Shown here piece by piece: positions 51,420-64,000 of a stretch of DNA of 64,000 nt (its first letter is position 1; each line of letters starts with the position of its first letter). The stretch lies in the NCBI RefSeq assembly GCF_004010195.1, contig NC_057710.1:153125321-153189320 (forward strand), in the 5' to 3' direction. The notes beneath the pieces were generated by a model that worked only from the letters and a program-made list of their open reading frames with translations, searched no databases and was not told where the DNA came from. This stretch comes from Chiloscyllium plagiosum (taxonomy: Eukaryota). Position numbers and translations under genes: made by a program.

Positions 51420-52762
51420 CAGAGACCAGGTGCTACCTGCTTCAGGACAACCACTGTCATCCCCATGCTGAACGAAAATCAGGCAATGTGCTTTAATAAC
51501 TACTGCCCAGTGGCTCTGACATCTATTATTACGAAATGCTTTGAGAGGTTAGTAATGATCCACATTAACTGCAGCCTCCCAGATTGCCTTGATCCACTAC
51601 AATTCACCTACTGTCACAATAGGTTCACGGCAGACACCATCTTCCTGACCCTACACTCATCCCTGGAACATCTGAATAACAAGGACACCTACGTCACTTA
51701 TCAACTTAAACTCTGTCTTCAACACCATAATTCCAACTAAACTTGTCTCCAAACTACAAGACCTCGGAATTTGCTCCCTTCTCTATAACTGAATTCGCGA
51801 CTTTGTGACCTGCAGACCACAATCACTAAGGATAAGTGACAATATCTCCTCCTCAATAATCCTCAGCACCGGCACCCCACAGGCCTGTGTACCCAACCCC
51901 TTACTATACTCTTTATAAATTCATGACCGTGTGACCATATTCAGTTGTAACTCCATTTCCAAGTTTGCTGATGACACCATTGAAGTGGGTAGAATCTCAA
52001 ATGATGACGAGACCAAGCATAGGAATGAGACACACAGCTTGGTTGCATGGTGCAAAGCAATAATCTCTCCCTCAAATTGCCAGCAAAACAAAGGAGCTGG
52101 TCATCAACTTCAGGAAGCAGAGTGGAAGGCACACCCCTGTCCGTATCAATGGCGGCGAGGTAGAGGTGGAGGTGGTCAAAAGCTTTAATTACTATGTGGA
52201 CACTATAGTCAAGAAAGCACACCAACATTTCTACTTTCTCAAAAGGCTAAGGAATTTGGAATGCCCACAATGACTTGCCGATTTATATAGATGCACCATA
52301 GACAGTATCCTATTCGGATGCATCACCGTTTTGTATAGCAACTGTTGCATCCAAAACCACAAGAAATTAGACAGAGTTGTGAACACAGCTCAGTTCACCA
52401 CGAAAACCAGCCTTCTTTCCATTGACTCAGTCTACACTTGCTGCTGCCTCAGGACAGCAGCCCACATAATCAAAGACCCCTCCCACTCTGGTTAAACTCT
52501 CTTCCACCCTCTTCCATCAGGCATAAGATGCAAATGTTTGAAAACATGCACCAACAGGTTTAAGAACAGCTTTTTTGTCACTGTTATCAGACTTATAAAT
52601 GGACATCTCACATTTAAGGGCTAATCTTTCTCTGCAACACTATATTCTGCACTCTGTTCTATTACCCTGATATATGATTGTAAGGAATGATTTGTCTGGT
52701 TAGCATGCAAAGCAATACTTTTCACTGTATCTCTGAACATGTGACAATAATAATCAAATTGA
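51420..52762 (+). mobile_element. Rex1/Babar-clade LINE, 5'-truncated (RT plus 3' UTR)
   Basis: NNYCPVALTSIITKCFERLV..LDPLQFTY..LEHLNNKDTYV, ISKFADDT; tail TTTTCACTGTATCTC..ATGTGACAATAATAATCAAA. Confidence 0.9.
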
Positions 52763-53059
52763 ACTTGATAGTGACCTTGATCTACCTTGCTGTAGTTTAG
52801 AGAAGTTCAACTTTGTAAACATTTCAATTAGCTCAAATAATTTATCTAGTCATTTTGCTGAAGTTGCATACTTTCTTGCAAATTATGTCTGAACTAACCT
52901 TCCAATAATAACTTTCTGACTTCTTAAGACAAACAAGTCACCCACACAGAACTAAAACCAAAAACCCATTTACCTCAACTTCAAAAATGCAATTCTGAAA
53001 CTCTAATGAAATATTGGAAACATTTATCGCATAAAGAAATGCAGACCCAGTTTCCTCAA

Positions 53060-54430
53060 TTTCATACCAACCCTTGGAGTAATTTGGTGAACCTGCACTG
53101 AACTCCTACCACAGGACTGAAATTATTCCCTAGATAAGGAGATTAAAACTGTACGAATACACCATGTGATCTCATCAAGCTTCTCAACAACCGAAGCAAG
53201 ACTTCTTTGCTTCTGTATTCAAATACAAAGTACTGTTTGCCTTCTAAATTGTCTGCTACACCTACACACTTAAGGACAAGGACACCTAAATTCTTTTGGA
53301 CACTTGCAGTTCCCAAACACACACATTTAACAAATATAATGCTTTTCTGCATCATCTACCAAACAGAATAACTTTATAGTTTCTCATGGTATATTTCATT
53401 TCTAACTCATTTATGCCTCTTGAAATCTCCTTTCTTCTAAGTAAAGTACATAAGATGCAAAGGGCATAGTTTCTGATTGCAGGTCAATCTAGAACAGGTG
53501 GTCATAGCATTAGGCTAAAAGGTGACAGATTTAAGACACAGACATGCTGGGGGCAGCACGGTGGCTCAGGGGGCTGCACAGTGGCTCAGTAGTTAGCACT
53601 GCTGCCTCACAGCGCCAGGGACCTGGGTTCAATTCCTGCCTCATGTGACTGTCTGTGTGGAGTTAGCATGTTCTCTCCATGTCTGCGTGGGTTTCCTCCA
53701 GGTGCTCCAGTTTCCTCCCACAATCCAAAGACGTACAGGTCAGGCGAATTGGCCACGATAAATTGCCCATAGTATTAGGTGCATTAGTTAGGGGGGGGGG
53801 GCGGGGAATGGATCTGGGTGGGTTACTTTTTGGAGGGTCGGTGTGGACTGTAAGTAATCTAATCTAATCTAATCAAGCCAAGAAGAAATTACCTCTCAAG
53901 AGCCAGGGATATATGGAATTCACTGCCCAAGAGTGCAGAGGACACTGGGTTGCTGATTAAATTTGAGGAGGAGATAGCCAGATTTTTAATTACTAACGGG
54001 TTAAAATGTAATGGGTAAGTGTCAGGCAAATGGAGTTCAATTGAAGATGAGATCAGCCATGATATTAAATAGTGGAGCAAACTCAAGGGGCTGAATTGCC
54101 GACCTCTGCTACTAGCTCTTATGCTTTTCCTCACAAATTAGTTTCTCTCACAATTTGGTACTGTCAGCAAATTGGGAAATATTATAACTGATCCCTTCAT
54201 AGAAATAATTTTCACACTGATTGTGAAGACTACACCTAGCATGAATGCTGGTGACGCCCCACTAGTAACTGCTTTCTATCTCGACAATGATCCCCTTTAT
54301 TTCTCTTAACAAATTCTCAATCCATACTCTATATAATCTTCAATTCCATGTGGTCTAATTTTATTTACTAATCTCCTGTGTGGGACATTATCAAAACCAT
54401 TATGAAAACATGCAATGCTTTTTCTCCACC
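53060..54430. mobile_element. Nested CR1 fragments: minus-strand copy split by a plus-strand CR1 3' end (~53450-54125) that holds an HE1
   Basis: FEYRSKEVLLRLLRSLMR (minus); GATCAGCCATGAT..GGGGCTGAATTGCCGAC (plus). Confidence 0.75.
53549..53874 (+). mobile_element. HE1 SINE with duplicated 5' head
   Basis: GGGGCAGCACGGTGGCTCAG followed by GGGGCTGCACAGTGGCTCAG; (TAATC)n tail. Confidence 0.93.
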
Positions 54431-54611
54431 CAAGCTACAAGTAACAGTATCTTGCGAATTCAAATTATTTTACATATAAGTATTTTCTTTGGGCAGTAAC
54501 TAACCACTATAGTAACTATATTGATAAATTAAAACTGATCTATCAAGCCAGGTTTTACAATGCGATTTGACTAGTCAGTATTACCATCGGTTGGGGTCAT
54601 AATTTATAAGA

Positions 54612-56345
54612 ATGACCATAATACCATAAAGTACAGGAGCAGATTAGGCCATTCAGCCCATTAAGTCTCCTCCGTCATTTGATCAGGTCTGATAGATTTC
54701 TCAACCGTATTCTCTTCCCTTCTCCCAGTCACCCTTGATTCCCCCTAGTAATCATGAAACATCTATCTCTGTCTTAAATCCACTCAATGTCTTGGCTTCC
54801 ACAGCCTTCTACAGCAATGAATTCCACAGATTAATCACCCTCTGGCTGAAGAAATTCCTCCTCATCTCAGTTCTAAAAGGCTGTCCTTTCATTCTGAGGC
54901 TGCGTCTTACTCTCACCTAACAGTGGAAAAGATTTCTCCATATTCACTCTACCCAGTCCTCTCCATATTTGTTAAATTTCAATAAGATTCGCCTTCATCC
55001 TTCTAACTCAATCAAGTACAGACCCAGATTCCTCAACTGTCTATACGACAAGCCCTCCATCCCCGGGATCATTCTTATAAACCTCCTCCGTACCTCCTCC
55101 AACACCAACATATCCTTCCTTACATACAGGGCCCAGAACTGCTCACAATATCCCAAATACAGTCTGACCAGAGCCTTATATGGCCTCATTTGTACATCTC
55201 TGTTCTTGCATTCCAGCCCTCTTGAAATAAACGCTGACAATGCATTTGTCTTCCTAACTGCTTTCTGAACATGAATGTTAAGTTTAAAAGAATTCCTTTG
55301 GTCTTAGAATTTCTTAAGTTTTTGCACATTTAGAAAATAGTCTACATCATTATTCTTCCTCCAAAAGTGCATTCTTCCATACTTGCCCGCATTGTATTCC
55401 ATCTGTCATTTCTTTGCCCACTCCACTAGTCTGTCCAAGTCCTTCTGCAGCCTCCCCACTTCCACAACACCTTCACCTATCTTTATGTCATCTGCAAACT
55501 TTGCAACAATGCTCTCAGTTCCTTCATCAAGATCATTAACTTATAATGTTAATAGTTCTGGTCCCAACATGGACACTTGGTGAACTCCATTAGTCACTGG
55601 CTGCAATCCTGAAAAAGACCCCTTTTTCCCCACTTTCTGCCTTCTGCCAATCAGCCAGTCTATCCATGCCAGTACCTTGCACCGAACACCATGGATTCTT
55701 ATCTTATTTAGCAACCACCTGTGCATCACCTTGTGAAAGGCTTTCTTGAAATCCAAATAGATCAGGTCCACTGGCCCACTTTTGCCTAACTTACTCACTA
55801 CCTTCTTGAATAATTTTAACAAATTATCCACGATCTCCATTTGTCGAAGTCATCCTGACTCAGTCCCATTTTACCATGCACCTCCAAATACTCTACAATC
55901 CTATCCTTAACAGTGGATTCTAAAATCTTACCAACAATCATGTTGAAGCTATAGTTTCATGCCTTCTTCCTCCATCTCTTCTTAAAGAGTATTGTAAACA
56001 TTAGCCACTTCCAGTCCCGTGGGACCCTGTCTGATTCCAGTGATTCCTGAAAGATCCTGCCTCTTCAGCTATCTCCTTCAGAACTCTGGGGTGTAGCTCA
56101 TCTGGTCTATGTTACTTATCCATCTTCAGACCTTTCAGTTTGCGCAACACCTTCTCCTTAGTGATGGCCACTACAGTCACCTCTCCCCCCTGACTCTCAA
56201 AAGTTCTTATATGTGCTGGTGTCTTCCACTGTGAAAACTGATGCATAGTACTTATTCAGTTCCTCTGCCATTTCTTTGTTCCCCATTACTACTATTTCAC
56301 CTCATTTTCTGGCAGTCCAATGTCTATTGCCATCTCTCTTTTCTT
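54612..56345 (-). mobile_element. CR1 LINE RT and 3' end
   Basis: VDLIYLDFKKAFHKVMHRWLLNKI, VAKFADDIKI, PYKALVRLYLGYCEQFW. Confidence 0.92.
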
Positions 56346-56414
56346 TTAAAACAACTGGATATGTGTGTCAGGATTATTACATTTTCATGCCATAAACGAT
56401 TCGAATTATAAGAT

Positions 56415-56735
56415 GGGGTGGCACGATGACTCAGTGGTTAGCACTGCTGCCTCACAGCACCATTGACCCGGGTACGATTCCAGCCTCAGGTGACTGTCTG
56501 TGTGGAGTTTGCACATTCTCCCTGTGTCTCCATGGGTTTCCTCTGGGTGCTCGGGTTTCCTCCCACAGTCCAAAAATGTGCAGGTCAGGTGAATTGGCCA
56601 TGCTAAATTACCTGTAGTGTTAGGTACATTAGTTAGAGGGAAATGGGTCTGGGTGGGTTACTCTTCGGAGGGTCGGCGTGGACTTGTTCTGCTGAAGGGC
56701 CTATTTCCTCACTGTAGGGCATCTAATCTAATCTA
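56415..56735 (+). mobile_element. HE1 SINE
   Basis: Head, V-domain, (TAATC)n tail. Confidence 0.92.
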
Positions 56736-59700
56736 TTATCAGCAAGTGTCCTATACTAACATTCATAACTAATTTTAAATTGTCAGTCAGACTTTCAGTG
56801 AGGCACACTTGTACATACTTGAAGTCACATATATTCATATAAAGGACCAAGTTCTTTGCAGACAGAAACAACATTTGCATATACTGCACCTTTTTTAACT
56901 GAACAAAGTGGTTAACAGTCATTTCTGGTTCATTCAAATGCTTAATGCATTGACCAAACCAAAGTCAACCTGCCTTTGATTTCAAACAAAATCTTGGCAG
57001 TGAATTGTCAGTCACCACCTAACTGGTGCATTCTCAAGGCAATGCCCCCACCAGAGTCCTCTTGTCTGCTAAATAGCATCCTCTATTCATAGAGAAAATG
57101 CTGTTGCCTTCACGTTCTTGCAAATGTCCTTAAGAGTTGAAAAGTGTCAACAAAATGTCTCTTCTTTTTCATATTCTGTACTATGAAACAACTAGCTACT
57201 ATGAAAAATTACTCCCACTAGTAACTTGTTCCATTGTTATTTCATAGCCTCAAAATCTGATTCCTATCTTGATCTGAGCAAAGACTATTTCTCACTATTT
57301 TACCAATCGCATCTTTAGTTAAAAGAACTATTGTATATTCATTTCCAAGCTTTCTATCCTTCCAAAACGTCAAATGCCTTTGAATATTCAGCTTTCAACC
57401 TTTGCCATGCTGCAACCTCATCTGTGTGATACACATATCTTCAAATTATTTTTATTTGTGCTATCAATTCAGCCATGTTTGTACAAATACCCTATGCATA
57501 TTCAAATAAGGAGCCTGTAATTATTTCTTTTTACCATTTGTTTTTCTCAGACCTTATTTACTGGTGCTTTTTGTATGTTCTGAGTTCTCAGTTATAACTA
57601 AATGCTGTGCCAATAATTGGATATTAAGACAAAAAAAAATGATAAATCAGACATTTCCATTCTAGCAAATGTTATGTTCTTCAGTCAAACTTAGAGAGTA
57701 TCCTTATTATTTTCCTAAGAAGCCAATGTCAAGCATTAGATTCATAAAGGCAAAATCTCATCATCATTCCAGGGCTGTTATCAACTGTTTCAGTGGTATT
57801 TCTTTTCAAAATGGTTTCAATGTCCTCCTCCCTGAACAATCAAGGATAAGCTTGAAGCAGTGAACTCCATTCCAATGACAAAAATTAGGAAAACCAGAAA
57901 ACTCCAGGCAGTCAAAACAGCAGACTACCATTCTTAAGCAACTAAGTGCATCTTCAAATGCCAATCCCCAACTGCTGAGGAAAGCAAAATGATCTGGTCA
58001 ACAACATCTACATTTGCTTGAATCTAGTTACTCACCTTTTCGAATTGTATGTATTTTTGGAAACATTTGAGAATTGCTTGAGAACAAATTCAGCACCATG
58101 TACCTAAGTCCTAAATGACAATTGAGATATGAATCATGGTTTCTACATCCAGGTTATGAAATAGCTGCCTACACTTAAGAGATGCAATTAACTCTGCTTA
58201 TATGGGGAAATAAGTTTCTACTTAGCCTACAATTTTAAATCGATTATCCATAATCACTGATTTCCCCAACCAGAGGAAATTATATTTTCTTATTCACTCA
58301 TCAAAACCTTTCATGATTTTAAAAACACTGATAAAATTTCCAGTTAACCTTCTCTGTTTCAGTGGAAACAGTCATTAGATCTAGACTCTCTCAGAACCAT
58401 AGCTTATCATTCCTCACAGTACAATGTTCAATATGTGCACTCTTTCTGTCTTTATTGCCCAAACTGCAAGCAAATGTGCAATGCTTTGTGCAGTATTCTG
58501 TGTGTGGTTTACAACTGCCACATACAAACTTACAAGAATCTTGTGTGTCTACACTCCATGCCTCAACTATAAAATCTAAAGCGTTAGACCTACCTGAATT
58601 TTTGAGGAATCATATGTTTACACACCTCTATATTGCTTTTTTTCCCCCAAATATAAGCATCTTTGTTGCATTCTTTGAGTTCAATTTCTCACTTTTTCCA
58701 AAGATGTACCATCTCAGACCTCTCAAAATGCACTGCAACTTGTCTATCTATTCCAACAAACTTTGGTCATCCCAAAGACTTCTACACTTGCGTTCTCATC
58801 TCATCAAATTCCAACATCAAAGTGAAATACTGCATTCTTAAACAGACAAATAAATGACTTCTCAGGCTACATTAAATCAATTTCTCAAAGTGAAGGACAG
58901 TTCATTTTTTTATGATAACATGTTCTAAACCAACAGGTTTGATCATTATCCTAAACCTAGTTTTTTTTCCCAAGCAGTGGAGAAGTCTACAAACCAGTGT
59001 CACAGTTCCCTCAAACACAATGGCTGCTGATAACTGCCTGAGGAATTGTATGCCAGTAAGAGTTAGTGCTTTTAGGGTAGGAGGGGACACAGAGAAAGAA
59101 GCCAGAACCACTAATCCTTTGACATTTCCATTTTGCAGTCATTGTCCCTTCCAAGTGTAAATCACTTCTCTTACCATCGAAAAATAGAAATAAATAACCA
59201 TGTTTAAAACAAACTTCAGCATTCATTTTTAAATTACAAAATTATATATTACCAATAAATTACCAATGTTCTAAATACATTTGGTTCCATAATGTTTTAT
59301 CTACAATGAACTTAAGTGCCCTTTACTCAGTTCTAGTCATTTTTATAAATGACTAAAGCTGTAATACATTGGTTCTCAACTCAAAATTACGTAACAGGTT
59401 TAACAATACAAAATCATGATAACAAAACATCTGCTAAGTTAAATTTCAAAGTCCAGTATTCCAGACTTTTGTAATACCAGTTCAGAATGTTTTCAGATTT
59501 CCAGCAAAACAATAAAATTGTTGAATAAACTTATTCACTCAATTATTTCAAGTATTACAATTTTATCATTTCATTTATATACATATTTATGTATATATTA
59601 TGCATATATACAGACATGTTTCAACCTATACAATACCTATCCACTTAATACAACACTTTTCACTGTATTTTGTCACAAAATATGTGACAATAAATAAATC

Positions 59701-60919
59701 AAGTCCAAGCAAAGGATATTAATACCTCAATAAATTATATCCCAAACAGCTAAAAATTGGCTTTAATTTTGAGGTTATATCAGTACAAATGTTCATTTGA
59801 CACCTAAATTTTACAATTTTCCTTCAAAGCGTAAATTCAACCTATTCGGTTCCTGAAATTCCAAAAATTCATAAGGCTCCTTCTTAGCTTTCAGGACTAA
59901 AACAGAATCAGGCTCCAATAGACTTAAGATTTTTAAAAAAACAATTTTTTTTTTGTATTATTTTCCTGGGGATTTGCATAGCACTTAGAATTAATATAAA
60001 TGATTTACTAGATTCTCAAGTGTAAAAATGTAACTGAAGTCCCTGTCATAACTGAAATGGGACTGTTGAAGTAATTGTTTTTGGAAGAAAGTAGAAAGAT
60101 TGCCTTTCTGTATCATTAAAAGTATGCAATAGCTCAAGCGAGTTATGCCAATGACAATTAGGATGATATCGGATAATTCAGCCTTTCAAGAAAAACTGAA
60201 TAAAGATAAAATATAAATGTTGAACAAAATTGCCCTTATAGCAATTAAAGAAATATCTGAAATACCTGGTATTACTCAGGAACCAGAGGCAATGTTTTAC
60301 ATTTGGAAACAAAGAACATTCGGAAACAACAAACTAACAAATCAGAATTAGGAAGGAAAGCAAAGAAATGAGTAAAATCACATCTCCACAATATCTGTGA
60401 CTAAATGGGATTAGCAAAATCCCCTGAGAGAGAACATGACTGAGAGCCTTTCTGAATACCAAGCAAACTGTAAGGAAAATGCAAATGATTTCCTAATTAT
60501 CTACAGGCTATTAACATGCAGTTCCAATTACCAGCAATTAAAATCTGCTTAAACATTATGACAAAAGTTTATTGAAATAGGAGGGGTTGTGGTTGAGGGG
60601 CGGGGGGGATGATAGAGGAAGAAACACAGACAGAGAGGGAAGAGAGAATGATATGCTAATTACTATACTAAAAAACAATTGCTGAATGTCTATTTCGACT
60701 GAAGATGCAAGTAAATAGTAAATTTCCTGCATTCCAGAATTGTAAATTGGTTAATAGCCATTTCAACAATTCAATGCAATTTGAAAACAATCCTCAAGTC
60801 ATGTCTGATGTACTTAAGGACAGAAGGTTTATGAACATTAATTCATCTTTCTAGGGTTTAAAATTTCACACCATTGCTACCAGTGCAAAATGTACCACAG
60901 ATGCTTTCTGGTCAGTATG

Positions 60920-61720
60920 GATCCATGCAATTAAAGCACATCTTCAGAATGTCAAAAGACTGTTTTATGACAATGCTTTTGAAAAATCGGCAGTGATTGC
61001 AGTGCCACTGCGCTTCCTTCTTGTAGTTTCTTACAGGGGTGGATAGCTATGACATCAAGGGTAATCCTTGTCTTCGGTAATCCACATATAAAGTGTTTGG
61101 GGAGAAGGATGGAATGAAGTGTTACAATATACAAGATGGTTGAAGGATGGAGAACTCATGGTAGATGCCAGGAAAATGGCTGCAAGTGGTCACAGACCAA
61201 TTCAACTTTGAGGGAATGGAAACCCTTCACGCTTATAAATGTCATTGGCAGTTCATTGGGTACATTATTGTTACGTCAGTGCAGTCTATGACACAGTGCT
61301 CTTGGTGGAATTCAGCGATGGAGATGAAACTCACTACCTTCTATGCTGATGAAGTACCACAATCTGAAATCCAATGTACTGTCTAGCTGCTGAAAAAAAA
61401 CCATCAGTGACTTCTCAGATGCTGCAGTATGCAGTGGTTTCTTAGATGAAGTTTCCAAGGTCTGCAGATGATCACAGGAAAGAGCCAATGGCCAGAAACT
61501 TAAAGGACGCAGTGACTTTAACAGCAACTGGCTGGGCACAGCAAGCAGTGCTGTCAGATCTTGCACTAGGAGGACATAAATCTTTGAGGTCATGCACTTG
61601 TAAATTTGCGGTTTTCAAAACTTGTTCAGTTCAAGTTAACTTATTTTTCACTAGTAGATCCTATGTTATGTATTTTTGGCTTTCAAGTCCTCATCACCAC
61701 ACTGTCATTCTCACGTGCAG
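60920..61720 (-). pseudogene. PIF/Harbinger (HARBI1-like) transposase relic
   Basis: Minus-strand motifs in order: QPVAVKVTASFKFLAIGSF, VIDCTDV, KGFHSLKVELVCDH, FPGIYHEFSILQ, EDKDYP; stops and frameshifts. Confidence 0.85.
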
Positions 61721-61918
61721 GATTCTACCCTTCTTTTGAATAATGTTGCTCCTCGTTACCACTTGTTCCAAAATCTAAGAGTCATCTTTCCACTGTCAGC
61801 TGCTGCCTTCCTTTCTTTTTTCTGCGACAGACTATTCTTGCAGATCTTCCTTCTACTGCACTCAAAAAGATTTTGAACGAAGTCTTTAAAAAGCCCTATT
61901 CTTCTGGAATCTGCAAAG

Positions 61919-62021
61919 TCGAAAAATGTGGTGCTGGAAAAGCACAGGTCAGGCAGCATCCGAGGAGCAGGAGGATCAACGTTTCGGTGATCTCCAGCAT
62001 CTGCAGTTCTCACTTTCTCCT
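61919..62021. mobile_element. Minimal PLE foldback product (inverted arm joined directly to tail)
   Basis: Minus-sense arm to ACGTTTCGG, then plus-sense TGATCTCCAGCATCTGCAG..TTTCTCCT; TCTGCAAAG repeated at 61910-61918 and 62027-62035. Confidence 0.85.
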
Positions 62022-62149
62022 TAGATTCTGCAAAGCAAGCGGCTTAATGCTTTCTCTGGCTTGTAAACTGTACAAACTTCCACTGACATTGCAGGAGGGA
62101 TGACACTCGCCTGCTCTGACACATTCCAGTTTAAACTCATGGTTCCAAA

Positions 62150-62500
62150 ATGTGGACATGCCAGAGTTGGACTGGGGTGGACAAGGTCAAAAACCAAACA
62201 GCAGGTTATAGTTCAACAGATTTATTTGAAATTTGAACTTTTCAGAGCTTAGCTATAGGAGGACATAGTAATTATAAGCAAAAAGGTTAACTTTAAAACT
62301 AGCTGCCCTTTGTGAAATCTTTTAATCTGATCAGAGGTAGACTGCTGATTAAAATGCAAAATCCAGATTCCTTTCAAATCTTTGTTCAGAGATAATTAAA
62401 GGTTTTATCAACATACAAGACGTGACACCTCAGGTTAGTGAATGCACTTTAGGTGTGAGATGCTGCTTCAAATCAATGTTTTAAGCTGAGGTCAGGTTTT
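62150..62500 (-). mobile_element. Older PLE 3' fragment, third family
   Basis: GTTGGACTGGGGTGGACAA...CAGGTTATAGTTCAACAGATTTATTTG is the reverse of 46270-46350. Confidence 0.65.
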
Positions 62501-62619
62501 ATTCTTCTGATAGAAAAGAATAGTGAATGAAATAACTCCCACCACTGTAGGTGCACGCGAGCAAGAAAGACTGACCTAATTACTCTTTAAAACCCATCAT
62601 GAAAATTAACCTGCATATC

Positions 62620-64000
62620 CCATAAGAACATCCGAAACAGGAAAAGCAGTATGTCATTCAGCTCCTCAACCCTACTCCAACATACAACAGGATCATGTTT
62701 GATCCGACTGACATTCTTCAAATCCACTTTTTAGATTAGATTACTTACGTGTGGAAATAGGCCCTTCGGCCCAACAAGTCCACACCGACCCACCGAAGCG
62801 CAACCCACCCATACCCCTACATATACCCCTTACCTAACACTACGGGCAATTTAGCATGGCCAATTCACCTGACCTGCACATCTTTGGACTGTGGGAGGAA
62901 ACCGGAGCACCCGGAGGAAACCCACGCAGACACGGAGAACGTGCAAACTCCACACAGTCAGTCGCCTGAGGCAGGAATTGAACCCAGGTCTCTGGCGCTG
63001 TGAGGCAGCAGTGCTAACCACTGTGCCACCATGCCATTATGTTTTCTGCATAATCCTCAATTCCTAGCCTGATCAAGAATCTATTGATCTCAGCCTTAAA
63101 TGTACACAAGGCCTCTTTCCTAACAGCTCTCTGCGGGAAGGAGTTACAAAAAAAATGTCACAACTGTCTGAGAAAAGAAACCCCCCCTCATCTCAAGCTT
63201 AAATTAGTGCCCCTTTATTCTTAGACTATGGTTTATTCTGAGACTCTCCCATGAAAGGAAACATCAGTGAGTAGAGTTTCAACCAGTTTAGCCTTTGCTT
63301 ACAAGACAATCCCTTCATACCAAGGATTACTTAAGTGAACCTATTCTGAACCGACTAAAATTAAATATGGTCTTTCCTTAAATAAGGGAGCCAAAACTTC
63401 CCTCTCTATTCCAAATGTGGTCTCACCAAAACCTTAGACAGTTGCAGTAAGACTTCTCTATTTTTATTCTCCAAGCCCTCTGAAAAAGGATTCCATTAGA
63501 CCTCCTGGTTACTTGCCGCACCTGTGAGCCAGCTTTCTTGTGGTTTTTTTTTACACAAGTCTCTTTGTGCTGTAACTTTCTTTATTTTCCCTTCATTTAA
63601 ATATATTCTGTTCTCCCTTCCAAAATAAACAACTTCGGATTTTCCCACATTGTACTCCATTTGTTGATGTTTTAACACTTACTTAACATATCGATATCTA
63701 TCTCTAAATTGTTTGTATCCCTCTGGCAATCTGCCTTTCCACTATTTTTGTGTTGTCTGCAAATTTGGCTACAGAAGATTTGCCTCCTTCCTCCAAGTCA
63801 TGAATATATTGTGAACAGTTGCAGTTCCAGCACTGATCCTTGTGGAACCCCACTGGTCAAAGATCAACAACCTGAAAAAGAACTGCTTATCTCCAATCAC
63901 TGTTTCCTGCCCATAAGCCAATTTTCTATCCATACCCACATGCTACATCCTGTGCTTATTTTATGACTTTACCATTCATGAGGGCCCTTGTTGAATGCCT
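62620..64000 (-). mobile_element. CR1 LINE RT/3' fragment interrupted by HE1
   Basis: QMEYNVGKSEVVYFGREN; reverse GVPQGSVL and VAKFADNTK. Confidence 0.88.
62731..63035 (-). mobile_element. Young HE1 SINE
   Basis: Close to the reverse complement of 50345-50657. Confidence 0.95.

Noticed and set aside
58024-58110. Strong minus-strand donor AAAG|GTGAGT
   Set aside because: Upstream translation has no LRBA similarity and there is no clear acceptor
58362-58841. 159 aa ORF
   Set aside because: GTG start, no domain, probably antisense to a decayed LINE
59334-59355. 9 bp hairpin TAGTCATTT/AAATGACTA
   Set aside because: Expected by chance in AT-rich DNA
1-64000. CRISPR array or prokaryotic system
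   Set aside because: No regularly spaced repeat-spacer array or operon; recurring motifs are dispersed vertebrate TEs

Overview
Eukaryotic, AT-rich, repeat-dense genomic DNA from a cartilaginous fish, most likely a shark (inferred from ten HE1/V-SINE copies and CR1/HER1-type LINEs). The window appears to lie inside the BEACH-domain gene LRBA on the minus strand. Only one exon is recognisable (25132-25256, [41 protein letters not shown]); the rest looks intronic. The introns hold HE1 SINEs, Deu-type SINEs, CR1, L2 and Rex1/Babar LINE fragments, a decayed Gypsy element, a second older LTR/ERV-like relic (CCHC knuckle plus protease) and a Harbinger transposase relic. The most interesting signal is a set of Penelope-like element (PLE) insertions from at least three sequence families. 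Many are foldback palindromes (0.1-1.7 kb) with a one-sided ~35-40 nt tail and 9-15 bp target duplications, and they carry minimal hammerhead ribozyme cores. Repeat-poor blocks near the exon are candidate MAB21L2-locus enhancers. Almost all ORFs in the supplied track are spurious or TE-derived. Family names come from recalled motifs, not database searches, and boundaries of old repeats are approximate.
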